From Alphaproteobacteria bacterium (GTDB lineage: Bacteria > Pseudomonadota > Alphaproteobacteria > CAAHEQ01 > UBA3637): DNA of 64,000 bases. Shown one piece after another: positions 1-9,232 of this stretch; the first letter of the stretch is position 1, and each line of letters starts with the position of its first letter. The stretch lies in assembly GCA_045536135.1 (NCBI GenBank), contig JAZSNA010000003.1, positions 45,108 through 109,107 of the forward strand, read 5' to 3'. Under the pieces are notes generated by a model. That model searched no databases, was not told the DNA's origin, and saw only the letters and a program-made list of their open reading frames with translations. Made by a program: the position numbers and the translations under genes.

Positions 1-2
1 GG

Positions 3-425
3 AAAAATCCATACTGGCTTAAAACAGCGACGGGATCCTCACGCGATTTATTAGACCCCCAAATCCAGCGCGACCTGAAAGAACGCTATGCTAATGAAAA
101 CGCCAGAAAGTTTGATGAGGGTGTGGATTTAATTAAATTAAGAGCTACTCGACAAAAATCTGTTCTAGAACAAAATCTTTTAGAAGCGAAACAGGAAGCA
201 AAAAAATTACGAGATTCAATAGCTGAAGCAAAGGATCGTTTGGTAGAGTTGAAACTTCAAAAACAACTGAATATACAGGAAAAAGAGCTTAAACGCAAAG
301 AAGAAGGCCTATTTTTGGATCAAGCCCGAATAGACGTTGACACTGAGGACGAAATAGACCTCTTACGAGGCATTAACGGCATTGAGTTTGATTTATATCC
401 GATTTTCGAAATTCAATCAAATTAA
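3..425 (+). CDS. hypothetical coiled-coil protein, 5'-truncated at window edge
   Basis: Reading frame is open from position 3 to the stop at 425 with no upstream stop. The ORF track's Met at 123 is probably internal. The protein is rich in K/E heptad-like coiled-coil sequence. Confidence 0.35.
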   Translation, partial: KNPYWLKTATGSSRDLLDPQIQRDLKERYANENARKFDEGVDLIKLRATRQKSVLEQNLLEAKQEAKKLRDSIAEAKDRLVELKLQKQLNIQEKELKRKEEGLFLDQARIDVDTEDEIDLLRGINGIEFDLYPIFEIQSN

Positions 426-456
426 CAAAAATCTTATCAAGCAGGGATTGAAATTT

Positions 457-891
457 TTATTTCTTCAATCGCATGGCATTAGGAATCTGCTGAAAACCGA
501 ACTTTTTGTAAAATTTTGGCAAACATGGCTTCTTTGGATCATAGAACAAACTAACTGTGGCGAAGTTTTGCGATTTAACATACTTAATGATTTCTTTCAT
601 CAAGATCGTTCCAATACCTTGTCCATGATAATTTGGATGGACCACAACATCATAAATCATACACATTTCTGAATCATCTACGCATCTAGCAAAACCTACG
701 GTTTTTCTTCCATCCAATACAGACACCATAAAGGTTGATTGCTTTTTGACTACAGGCCATTGCTCCGGACGATAGTTCCCCCACTTCAACAAGGAATGGA
801 TTTCGTCTATATCTTTTGTGTTAATGCGTTTTCCAATCTTAACTATGTATGTCATACCACTTATTGTAGTAGATTTAAATTCTGAATGCAA
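457..891 (-). CDS. GNAT-family N-acetyltransferase
   Basis: 144 aa. Contains a GNAT motif-A-like segment HGQGIGTILM (Q/R-x-x-G-x-G/A), and its size is typical of GNAT enzymes. Confidence 0.6.
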   Translation of the reverse strand: MHSEFKSTTISGMTYIVKIGKRINTKDIDEIHSLLKWGNYRPEQWPVVKKQSTFMVSVLDGRKTVGFARCVDDSEMCMIYDVVVHPNYHGQGIGTILMKEIIKYVKSQNFATVSLFYDPKKPCLPKFYKKFGFQQIPNAMRLKK

Positions 892-940
892 GCAAAAACC
901 CGTAGATTTAATTTCTACGGGTTTGATAGAAACTGTATAA

Positions 941-1213
941 TTACTTTACAGCCTTTTTCAACAAAGCGCCGGCTTTGAATTTAGGAGCTTTGGATGCTGG
1001 AATTTTGATTTCTTTTCCAGTTGCAGGATTGCGACCTTTACGGGTGGCACGCTTAGCGACAGCAAATGTACCAAAACCAGTAATTTGGACGGCATCCCCT
1101 TTTTTCAAGGCTTTTGTGATGACTTCGATAGCGGCTCTTACTGCGCGATCAGCATCAGCCTTGGTTAATCCAGCTGTTTTAGCAATAGCTTCAACTAATT
1201 CTGTTTTATTCAT
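941..1213 (-). CDS. hup: DNA-binding protein HU
   Basis: 90 aa. MNKTELVEAIA...GFGTF.V..R.ARKGRNP.TG is the classic HU/IHF fold signature, with about 50 percent identity to E. coli HupB by eye. Confidence 0.85.
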   Translation of the reverse strand: MNKTELVEAIAKTAGLTKADADRAVRAAIEVITKALKKGDAVQITGFGTFAVAKRATRKGRNPATGKEIKIPASKAPKFKAGALLKKAVK

Positions 1214-1343
1214 TTTATTTTTCCTTTCTTTATATATATAAAGTTAAACGAAGGCTCATGATACCTTCGTTTACATTAGAGAGAAATTCTCAGAAAAAGT
1301 CAAATAAAAAGGAGAATTCATGTCTGAGAATTCTCCTTTTGTC

Positions 1344-3419
1344 TTATCTGGAACGAATTTTTTCTTCCATCTTGGCCTTAATCGCACTAGTCCACTTATT
1401 AAATTCCTCAGCTGGTAAATTGGCCACTGAAGGTTGATAATCAATGGAATATGTGATTTTACGATCAGGTGATTTATCATCCTTATATACATCTGTCAAT
1501 TCTACCCGAGAGACAGGAACATCTTTTTCTTTCTTAATGTCTGTAATAACGCTTCCTGCCGGATATTGTTCGGGAACCTCCAAACAGATATCACGATTAA
1601 CTGGCATTAACTCCGATGGATCTCTGAATTCGTGCTCTGAAACAGGTAAATTTAACAATTTGTCAGTATAGAATTGGAAATAGCATGGACGCTCATTTTT
1701 AATACCACAGGCAAATAAGACTTTCGGATGAACTTCGCCAAAAATACCAATTACACGACCTGTAGCATCAAGAATACTGGCTCTACGCAATGGATGAAGA
1801 AGTTTAGCAACAGGTTCCTGTGCCTCGTCAATTTTTGATTGGTAATCAAAATCAACATCTAATTTTCCAGAAATACCACTTACGATTCCCTTAAGATAAA
1901 GTGGAGTCGCTTGAATATCTTCATAAGAGAAATGACGAGGATATGCACAACCATTGACGATACCCCACAAAATTTTCTCCTCTGTACACACTCCATTTTC
2001 TGCTGTTTTATCGGGGTGAAAAACGCGTGTCCATTCATATGCTTTAACATCGCGATTTTTTACACGTAGGTTCTTTTCTACGGTTTCTACTGCTTGTATC
2101 AAACAGTTATTCTTCAACATTGAATACCCTTTATCTTGAGCATTTGTTATACCAACATGTGCGGCAAGAGGATCTGGTGGAGTTACTCCCATTCTTTCAT
2201 AATGTTGTGTAGAATATAAGCTGTCTGTAAAAATTTCATAGAACCCCTGATCTACAAGGTAATCATCAATTGCATCCTTGCGTTTTTCTGCTTCGGTTGC
2301 AGTCGTACCAATTGTCGCATTAGGTAATTCATTTGGTAGTGAATTATATCCAATTGATTTTCCTAACTCTTCATATAAGTCAACAGGATATTCAACATCC
2401 CAGATACGATGCATTGGAACTTTAAATTGTAAAGAGCCATCATCCTGCACTGTAGCTTTAAAACCGTATCTGCTTAAGCGATCAATAATTTCCTCTTTTG
2501 ATAACTCTCTATCTAAATATTCAGAAGCTCCAGCTGGAGTTAAAGAAAGCGTTCTATTTGGTAGTGCAACTTTTTGATTAAATTGTGAAGGAACTACATT
2601 TTTCCATCCAATTTGATCATACAAAAGGGCAGCACGTTCAACAGAGCGTTTAATAACGTCTAAATCTCCGCCACGCTCAAAACGTTGAGAAGCCAACGTT
2701 TGAATACCAAGCGCTTTACTTGCTTTTCTAATTCTGACCGGATCAAATAAAGCGGCTTCAAAAATAACACGCTTTGTATTTTCATCAACAGAGGCAACAT
2801 CACATCCCATAATACCTGCAAGTGTCAGAATTTTTTCATCATCAGCAATTACAATTATACCAGCAGGTAGCTCAATTTCACCTTTGCCAAATAACAAACT
2901 TGCCTTTTCACCTTGACGCGATTCACGAATATGAATTTTTCCTTTGATTTTGTCTGCATCATATACGTGTGCTGGCTGTCCTAATTCCAAATTTACCACA
3001 TTTGTTACATCAATGACAGGACATATTTCATTAACCCCACCAGTCTTTAACATGTGGGAATATTCAGAACCTAAATTCTTAACATCGGCTGGATTATCAT
3101 TACGAAATTCTGTTGCAGAGTACGCTATGCAACCATCGGTATCAATAGAAAACAAAGATGAATTATCGGTGTATGACATTTTTCCCATTGGAATTGGCTT
3201 CAAAGGAAAACCTGTTCGACCAGAAACTTCACGAGCAACACCCTCATAACTGTGATGATCTCCTCGATTCGCTAAAAGTTCAAAGGTAATAAGATTATCA
3301 TCACCTTCTTTATCAATTCTTTTGACTTCGAGACCAATATCCTCAAATAATTCCTTGCTCTCGGCTAAGGAATCTGGTAAATCAATATACTTCTTTAATG
3401 TATTTAAACTTATTTTCAT
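1344..3419 (-). CDS. pheT: phenylalanine--tRNA ligase beta subunit (short form, 691 aa)
   Basis: The PheT-like N-terminus (MKISLNTLKKYIDLP...ANRGD) sits immediately downstream of pheS, with 1-nt start/stop overlap typical of pheST operons. It is shorter than the E. coli enzyme. Confidence 0.8.
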   Translation of the reverse strand: MKISLNTLKKYIDLPDSLAESKELFEDIGLEVKRIDKEGDDNLITFELLANRGDHHSYEGVAREVSGRTGFPLKPIPMGKMSYTDNSSLFSIDTDGCIAYSATEFRNDNPADVKNLGSEYSHMLKTGGVNEICPVIDVTNVVNLELGQPAHVYDADKIKGKIHIRESRQGEKASLLFGKGEIELPAGIIVIADDEKILTLAGIMGCDVASVDENTKRVIFEAALFDPVRIRKASKALGIQTLASQRFERGGDLDVIKRSVERAALLYDQIGWKNVVPSQFNQKVALPNRTLSLTPAGASEYLDRELSKEEIIDRLSRYGFKATVQDDGSLQFKVPMHRIWDVEYPVDLYEELGKSIGYNSLPNELPNATIGTTATEAEKRKDAIDDYLVDQGFYEIFTDSLYSTQHYERMGVTPPDPLAAHVGITNAQDKGYSMLKNNCLIQAVETVEKNLRVKNRDVKAYEWTRVFHPDKTAENGVCTEEKILWGIVNGCAYPRHFSYEDIQATPLYLKGIVSGISGKLDVDFDYQSKIDEAQEPVAKLLHPLRRASILDATGRVIGIFGEVHPKVLFACGIKNERPCYFQFYTDKLLNLPVSEHEFRDPSELMPVNRDICLEVPEQYPAGSVITDIKKEKDVPVSRVELTDVYKDDKSPDRKITYSIDYQPSVANLPAEEFNKWTSAIKAKMEEKIRSR

Positions 3420-4513
3420 TAGTCTCTACCTCTAATATTTTTGAACACCTGTAAATTCATACCATAAAGCTGACGCATATTCGCCTTATAGAATTGAGAA
3501 ACCATTCTTGAAATACCAATTCCGAAAGCAAAACCGCTCACTTTTTCCGGATCGTATCCTAGCCCCTTAAACACTTTAGGGTGTACCATTCCGGCTCCAA
3601 CAACAGTCACCCAACCAGCACCATGACATGCTTGACAGCCTGCGCCACCGCAGTTTTTGCATGAAACATCAGCACCAATTGATGGTTCTGTATACGGATA
3701 AAATTTAGGCTTAAAACGCACTTTTCTGTCTTCTCCATAAATAGACTTCAAAAGGTATTCCAAAGTTCCTTTTAAGTGAGAAAGTTTCACCCCTTCACCA
3801 ACCCACAATCCTTCATATTGATGGAAGCAAGCTAAATGAGTCGTATCTACGGTCTCATTTCGATAAGTTCTTCCCGGTGATACAATTTTAATTGGTAGAG
3901 TTCCATTTTTATTTGCTTCTAAAATACGAGCCTGCACAGTTGTGGTATGTGAACGCATTAATAACCCACCATCTACCCAGAAAGTGTCTTGAGCATCACG
4001 AGCTGGATGGTGTTCAGGAACATTAAGTGTATCAAAATTATAATAAGCACTTTCGACTTCTGGTCCATCGACCACTGAAAAACCTAAACGGCGTAATAAT
4101 GATGTACACTTATGTTCTACCATTGTTAATGGGTGTAATGAACCAGGCTGTTGTCCGATTTCTGGAAGGGACAAATCCATGTGTTCACCGCTAATTCTAT
4201 CTTGAATAATCTTTTCAACAACGCCTTTCTTAGCATCCTCCAATGCTTTTTCAACAGATGCACGCATAGCGTTCAATTGTTGGCCAAATTCTTGACGTTT
4301 TTCTGGAGGGATGTTTCTAATTTGATCAGCTTGTTGCTTAAGCAAACTCTTCTTACCTAGATACTTAGAACGAAGCATATCCACGTCTTGTACGGATTTA
4401 GCCTGTGCCACATCTTGTTGTAAAAGTTCTAAAATGTTTTCCATTTCTACCTCTATAAGTTGCAACTTTTCTAATAACCTGGACAGTTTATCATACGTCC
4501 ATCCAAAAGTCAA
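3419..4513 (-). CDS. pheS: phenylalanine--tRNA ligase alpha subunit
   Basis: Class II aaRS motifs FRP.YFPFTEPS / GWVTVVGAGMVHP / GFAFGIGISR. It includes the C-x2-C-x5-C-x2-C insertion seen in many bacterial PheS proteins. Confidence 0.9.
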   Translation of the reverse strand: MTFGWTYDKLSRLLEKLQLIEVEMENILELLQQDVAQAKSVQDVDMLRSKYLGKKSLLKQQADQIRNIPPEKRQEFGQQLNAMRASVEKALEDAKKGVVEKIIQDRISGEHMDLSLPEIGQQPGSLHPLTMVEHKCTSLLRRLGFSVVDGPEVESAYYNFDTLNVPEHHPARDAQDTFWVDGGLLMRSHTTTVQARILEANKNGTLPIKIVSPGRTYRNETVDTTHLACFHQYEGLWVGEGVKLSHLKGTLEYLLKSIYGEDRKVRFKPKFYPYTEPSIGADVSCKNCGGAGCQACHGAGWVTVVGAGMVHPKVFKGLGYDPEKVSGFAFGIGISRMVSQFYKANMRQLYGMNLQVFKNIRGRD

Positions 4514-4578
4514 GTTTTATTTTTTTCTTGACAAACGATAACATTGTATGTTATTATTCCGAATGAGTTCAACTGACT

Positions 4579-4654
4579 GCCCAGATAGCTCAGTTGGTAG
4601 AGCAAGGGACTGAAAATCCCTGTGTCGGCGGTCCGATTCCGTCTCTGGGCACCA
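4579..4654 (+). tRNA. tRNA-Phe (anticodon GAA)
   Basis: 76-nt cloverleaf matching E. coli tRNA-Phe (gcccagatagctcagttggtagagc...ctGAAaatccc...ggtccgattcc...gggcacca). CCA is encoded, followed by a T-run. Confidence 0.9.
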
Positions 4655-4676
4655 TTTTTTTAGGAAGGGAAAAAAA

Positions 4677-5828
4677 ATGAAGAAAAAGTTCAACTTTGAT
4701 ATTTCTCCGAAGTTTATTGAGTACTTTAATAAGCGTGTTAAACAGGTTTTTTTCTACACAACCGAGGCTTGCCATTTGCGTTGTAAACAGTGTTTATATA
4801 AACCGAATTTATTTTTTCAAATGAAACAACGGAAAGAAATTCCTCTTAATGAGATGATAAAACTGGCAGAAGATTTTCACAAGCTTGGCGCGATAAAGGC
4901 AACTATTATGGGTGGCGAACCATCTAAATATGGGGACCCTGAGCACCGTGATTTATGTAAGTTTATCGCTGAGCTCAGAAAAATGGGCTACACGTACATA
5001 CGAATGGATACAAATGGACAATTTGAAGATGATATGTTGGCTTTGGATGGTATGAAGAAACTTGATGAAGTGTCCTTCAGTATTGATGGTTACTCTCCAG
5101 AAACAAACGACATATTACGTGGAGAAGGAGCTTTTGAAAAATGTAGGGATAATATTAAACGTGCCATTGAGCTAGGCTATACCGTGGATATTACTTCCTG
5201 TATTCACCCAGTTCTATTGAAGAAAGATAAAAAAGGACAGCTAAATATTGAGAAAATGATTTTATTCGCACAGGATTTAGGAGTTAGAAATATTAATTTC
5301 CATGTCTTGTTTAAACATGGTTTTCCTATGGATACTTGGACAGAAGATACAGCCGTAACACCTGAAAAATGGATTGTTGCACGTGATATCCTGGCAGATG
5401 CAGTTACCAAAAACAAGTATAAGATCCATGTGCGAATTCCATATCACTTTATTTCGCGAGAAGAATTCGATAAAAATCCAAAATATTACGGATATTGTCC
5501 TGCAAAATTAGGGGAAAGGTTGTTAGTACATCCAGACGGACAAATTAGAATTTGTTCTGGGTTGATTAGTTCAAAATACTGTGTAGCCCACTACTTTGAT
5601 GGAAAAATCATATGGGAAGAAGGGTATTTAAATGAATTGAATGATCATGATTTAAATAACCCTACTCCTTGCACAAACCAAAGCAAAGGAATGCAGTGCG
5701 GCAATTATTGTCCTTTATGCTTTTCTTTCAAACCTTATCAAAAAGAGTATGTTTGGAAAAACAAACTAAAGTGGGAAGAAACTAATGATCAGAAATGCAA
5801 CATTTTCGATAACAAATCGATGCAATAG
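4677..5828 (+). CDS. radical SAM enzyme with C-terminal SPASM/twitch-like Cys cluster
   Basis: Has the CHLRCKQC (CxxxCxxC) 4Fe-4S/SAM motif and GGEPS SAM-binding motif. The C-terminal third is Cys-rich (CPAKL...C...C...CTNQSKGMQCGNYCPLC), consistent with auxiliary clusters. Confidence 0.7.
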   Translation: MKKKFNFDISPKFIEYFNKRVKQVFFYTTEACHLRCKQCLYKPNLFFQMKQRKEIPLNEMIKLAEDFHKLGAIKATIMGGEPSKYGDPEHRDLCKFIAELRKMGYTYIRMDTNGQFEDDMLALDGMKKLDEVSFSIDGYSPETNDILRGEGAFEKCRDNIKRAIELGYTVDITSCIHPVLLKKDKKGQLNIEKMILFAQDLGVRNINFHVLFKHGFPMDTWTEDTAVTPEKWIVARDILADAVTKNKYKIHVRIPYHFISREEFDKNPKYYGYCPAKLGERLLVHPDGQIRICSGLISSKYCVAHYFDGKIIWEEGYLNELNDHDLNNPTPCTNQSKGMQCGNYCPLCFSFKPYQKEYVWKNKLKWEETNDQKCNIFDNKSMQ

Positions 5829-6723
5829 TCGCTGTAAAATATGCAATATATGGAAAACAACAGATTTTTCTGATGAGCTCTCATTGTCTCAAATCAAGAA
5901 ATTAATTTCTAAACCTTATTTTAATGATCTTGATACGATTAGTATTACTGGAGGCGAACCTTTTTTAAGAAAAGATTTAACAGAGATTATTAAACTGGCT
6001 AAGAATATATTACCTAAACTTAAACGCATATTTTTAAATACAAACGCAACGATTATTGAGCCAGTCCTCGATGTATGCAAATTATGCACTTCTCTCTTTT
6101 CAGAGACAATTTTGAGTATTTCTTTGGATGGGACTGAAACAGTTCATAATAGCTTAAGGGGTATAAATAATTATAAAAATGTTTTACTGTTAATTGACAG
6201 AGCTTCTTCAATAAAAGGATTGAAGGTTTCGCTGTCCATGACAATTTCTAAAGGAAATTGTAGTTATGACGAACTTCAACATGTCCATAAATTAGCTCAG
6301 AAATACAATACAATGTTCAGTTTTAGGTTTGCAGATATGTCAAAGACATATTATAAAAATGAAGATATAGATTTGTCTCTTTCTGAAGAGGAGAAGCATA
6401 TTGTATCTAAATACATTAGTGAAAATGGTTTAGACAATGAGTTTCTTGCAGTATTAAAGGAATATATAGAGACAAAGAAAGTTCCATTTATAGTTGATGA
6501 GAACGGGTGCAATCATTGTCTTGCAGGGAAGGAGTTCATCTTCATTCACCCAAATGGATCTGTTTCCCCTTGTTTATATAGTTCACAAAAAATAAATATA
6601 GATTCAAAGCCGCCTCAAGAAGTCGAGCTCGGAAAATTTGAAAGATGTCCATGTTGCACGGACTGTGCAATTTATCCAATTTTAGAATATAAAAAAAACT
6701 TAGAAAAGGAGCAAAAATGTTAA
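5785..6723 (+). CDS. radical SAM enzyme with SPASM-like domain (second of a tandem pair)
   Basis: Has the CNSRCKIC (CxxxCxxC) and ITGGEPF motifs, plus C-terminal CNHC...C...CPCCTDC. It overlaps the upstream rSAM gene by 44 nt in a different frame. Confidence 0.7.
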   Translation: MIRNATFSITNRCNSRCKICNIWKTTDFSDELSLSQIKKLISKPYFNDLDTISITGGEPFLRKDLTEIIKLAKNILPKLKRIFLNTNATIIEPVLDVCKLCTSLFSETILSISLDGTETVHNSLRGINNYKNVLLLIDRASSIKGLKVSLSMTISKGNCSYDELQHVHKLAQKYNTMFSFRFADMSKTYYKNEDIDLSLSEEEKHIVSKYISENGLDNEFLAVLKEYIETKKVPFIVDENGCNHCLAGKEFIFIHPNGSVSPCLYSSQKINIDSKPPQEVELGKFERCPCCTDCAIYPILEYKKNLEKEQKC

Positions 6724-7391
6724 ATAAAATAAAACAAATTCTATCGGAAAAACTAAAGTCCTCTTCGCATGATTTGACTCATACATATCGGGTTTACCGG
6801 AATTGTTTAAAAATCGCAGAAAGCGAGCCTGATATAACGGTTGATATGAACGTATTAACGGTGGCGGCTTTATTACATGATATTGCTCGACCTGATGAAG
6901 ATCTTCACCCTGAATTAAAAATTGATCACGCAATTTTAGGATCAGAAAAAGCCTATGAAATTTTGATTGGTTTGGGTGCTGAAGAAGCATTTTCAAAAAA
7001 AGTCTCTGACGCTATTAAAACACATCGTTTTAGAGGAGGATTAATACCAGAGTCGATTGAAGCAAAAATTTTATTTGACGCAGATAAGCTAGATATTATA
7101 GGAAACATTGGGATTGCTCGCTCTTACATGATCGCAGGAGAGCAAAAGCAAGATATTTACAATGATTGTGATATCAACGAGTATATTAAGTTAAATTTAG
7201 TTGGGGGTGTCGCCTCTGGTAAAATTATAGATCTAAAAAAACATACACCGAATATTGAATTTCTAACAAAGGACGTAAATATTCCTGATCGTATGTTCAC
7301 TAAAACTGGACGATCCTTAGCGCAGAAGCGAATTGAACGTATGAAACAGTTTTTTGAAATCTTGAAGCAAGAAATTGATGGGAATGCATAA
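6717..7391 (+). CDS. HD-domain phosphohydrolase
   Basis: An H...HD...D arrangement (THTYRV...LLHDIARPDE...FDADKLD) matches the HD superfamily metal-dependent phosphohydrolase fold. Confidence 0.6.
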   Translation: MLNKIKQILSEKLKSSSHDLTHTYRVYRNCLKIAESEPDITVDMNVLTVAALLHDIARPDEDLHPELKIDHAILGSEKAYEILIGLGAEEAFSKKVSDAIKTHRFRGGLIPESIEAKILFDADKLDIIGNIGIARSYMIAGEQKQDIYNDCDINEYIKLNLVGGVASGKIIDLKKHTPNIEFLTKDVNIPDRMFTKTGRSLAQKRIERMKQFFEILKQEIDGNA

Positions 7392-7393
7392 CA

Positions 7394-8341
7394 ATGGAAT
7401 ATACAAAAGAATTTAATGAGTTAAAAGGTAATTTTACGCAATTTATTACTCTTCAAAAGGGGTATAAATTAGAACCTACTTTACCATTAGATTCTAAGGT
7501 TGATCCGACTGTTTTTTTAATAGGATCTTGTACCAATGTCTTTAAACCGTATTTCTTATCAAATAGGATTGAAGATTCAGGTCATGCTTTAGTCCAATCA
7601 GGTATTAACACTAAACAGCTTTCTATCACTGATATGAGTCAGCCACAACGCTTTTATTCAACATATACTATTCTTGGACTCTTACAAAGTGTTAAAAAGT
7701 TTTCAACAATATTGGATGACTCTTACGAGTTTATAACAAAAATTGCAGGGCTTGACCCTACCAAAATAAGTTTGAAAGTTAACCCGAAAGATACCGATTT
7801 TATTAGCTGTATTTCAAAAAAATACCCCTTTTTTATGGGGGACGAAAATTGTGGAAGACACCATTTTGGAAAATACAACGGAATTCCGATACAAGGACGC
7901 CACATTTCTTTTTACTATAATAATCAAAATATTGCAACGAGTTCTGTTTATGAATATAACGGTGAAGCCTTAGGAGTGGAAACAACTACAACAGCACAAA
8001 GTTTAATTGCGGCAAGAAATGGATTCAAAAACACCATGGAAGCCTCTATTTTAAATGACAAGTATGTTGCAAAAACACCACAAGAATTTCATTATTATGA
8101 CTGTGTTACAGCAATTGCAGAATTAGTACATTCAGGTATTCGTCCAAATTCTTCTCATGTACCTGGTCGCATATTAAAAAAGTACTTTTATAGGATTGCC
8201 ACGTTGGAGAAAGAACTTGGTATATCCCCTTCATATACGAAAGAATTGGTAGATTTTTATATTGAAACATCTTATCCTCCAAAAATTGTTCAATCAAGGG
8301 CTATTCCTTCACAGGTTCGAGATACATGTCACCAAAGATAA
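7394..8341 (+). CDS. stand-alone alanyl-tRNA-synthetase catalytic-core homolog (class II aaRS-like)
   Basis: By-eye alignment to the E. coli AlaRS N-terminus: F.QFI..KGY......LP.D.KVDPTVFLIGSCTNVFKPYFL versus F.DFF.SKGH...[28 protein letters not shown]. Also FFMGDENCG versus FWQMGDTGPCGPC. There is no editing or C-Ala domain. Confidence 0.45.
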   Translation: MEYTKEFNELKGNFTQFITLQKGYKLEPTLPLDSKVDPTVFLIGSCTNVFKPYFLSNRIEDSGHALVQSGINTKQLSITDMSQPQRFYSTYTILGLLQSVKKFSTILDDSYEFITKIAGLDPTKISLKVNPKDTDFISCISKKYPFFMGDENCGRHHFGKYNGIPIQGRHISFYYNNQNIATSSVYEYNGEALGVETTTTAQSLIAARNGFKNTMEASILNDKYVAKTPQEFHYYDCVTAIAELVHSGIRPNSSHVPGRILKKYFYRIATLEKELGISPSYTKELVDFYIETSYPPKIVQSRAIPSQVRDTCHQR

Positions 8342-9222
8342 TTTCTGAAATAAGAAAAGAACCATATTATAACGATCTTACATCACGTGGATATGAATAT
8401 TTAGGATATGGCTATATGCATGTCATTTTTGAAAAAAGTGATGTAATTTATAAAATCGTTCGTTCAAAATTTAAGAATTTTGATAGAAAATATGATTATG
8501 AATTCGAAAAAAATGTTTTGGATATGATGAGACTACATGGTTTTCCAACACCTAACGTACTTAAAATCTATGAAAAAGGAGACTTCTTACCTGATTTTCT
8601 TGTTTTAGCAGAAGAAAAAATATCCGGAAGCGTTAAAAATGAAAAAACACTGAAAATTGAAAATATTGAACAGATTATAGCCAGCCAAGAAAAAGCTCAC
8701 GCAATAAAATTTCCCTTTTTTGGACAACTGTATGATAAAAATTTACAATTCGAAACATGGAATGAATATTTGCTATATCTTATAAAAAGGGCTGGTAAAG
8801 CCGCCTCAATTTTTAGTATAGAATTTGATGAAAATGCCATAAAGGATTATTTTTCTAATTATTATACGTATACAAAGGAACCGTGTTTTTTAATACTAGA
8901 TCCAAATGAAGAAAATTATATCTTTGATGATCATGATAAATTGTTAGGCATTATAGATATAGATCATCCTATCTCTTTTGACCCGCTCTATGAGTGCGCT
9001 GTTTGTTTGTATGCAAAAAAATATATTTTTGATATGATGCGGATAATTAAACCAAATTATTTTAATAATCATTTAGAAACAATAAAAAAATATGCTGTTA
9101 TTCATTCCTTGGCCGATATTCTTTTTTTATATGATAAAGATAAAGAATATTTTCATAATGAAATACAAACATGCGCAAAGAATGTAGTCAAGTTTCATAA
9201 ATTCTTAAAGAGCTTTACATGA
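8326..9222 (+). CDS. protein-kinase-like (APH/choline-kinase fold) phosphotransferase
   Basis: Brenner-like catalytic segment LILDPNEENYIF (D-x4-N) followed by IIDIDH (D-x-D metal-binding), as in aminoglycoside/Kdo/heptose kinases. Confidence 0.45.
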   Translation: MSPKIISEIRKEPYYNDLTSRGYEYLGYGYMHVIFEKSDVIYKIVRSKFKNFDRKYDYEFEKNVLDMMRLHGFPTPNVLKIYEKGDFLPDFLVLAEEKISGSVKNEKTLKIENIEQIIASQEKAHAIKFPFFGQLYDKNLQFETWNEYLLYLIKRAGKAASIFSIEFDENAIKDYFSNYYTYTKEPCFLILDPNEENYIFDDHDKLLGIIDIDHPISFDPLYECAVCLYAKKYIFDMMRIIKPNYFNNHLETIKKYAVIHSLADILFLYDKDKEYFHNEIQTCAKNVVKFHKFLKSFT

Positions 9223-9232
9223 AGGGAAAAAG

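Noticed and set aside
123-425. Treating ORF 123-425 as a complete 100-aa gene
   Set aside because: The frame is open to the window start with no RBS before the Met at 123, so it is more likely the 3' part of a longer gene.
382-672. 96-aa plus-strand ORF overlapping the GNAT gene
   Set aside because: It is antisense to the GNAT acetyltransferase, with no RBS and a low-complexity product.
975-1241. 88-aa plus-strand ORF
   Set aside because: It is entirely antisense to the well-supported HU gene.
4590-4775. 61-aa minus-strand ORF
   Set aside because: It overlaps tRNA-Phe and the start of the first radical SAM gene, so it is an artefact.
5785-6723. Possibility that the second radical SAM enzyme is a prokaryotic viperin (pVip) defence enzyme, given the nearby kinase
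   Set aside because: It carries a long Cys-rich SPASM-like C-terminal extension that viperins lack, and the N-terminal context does not match the viperin CNYKCGFC region.
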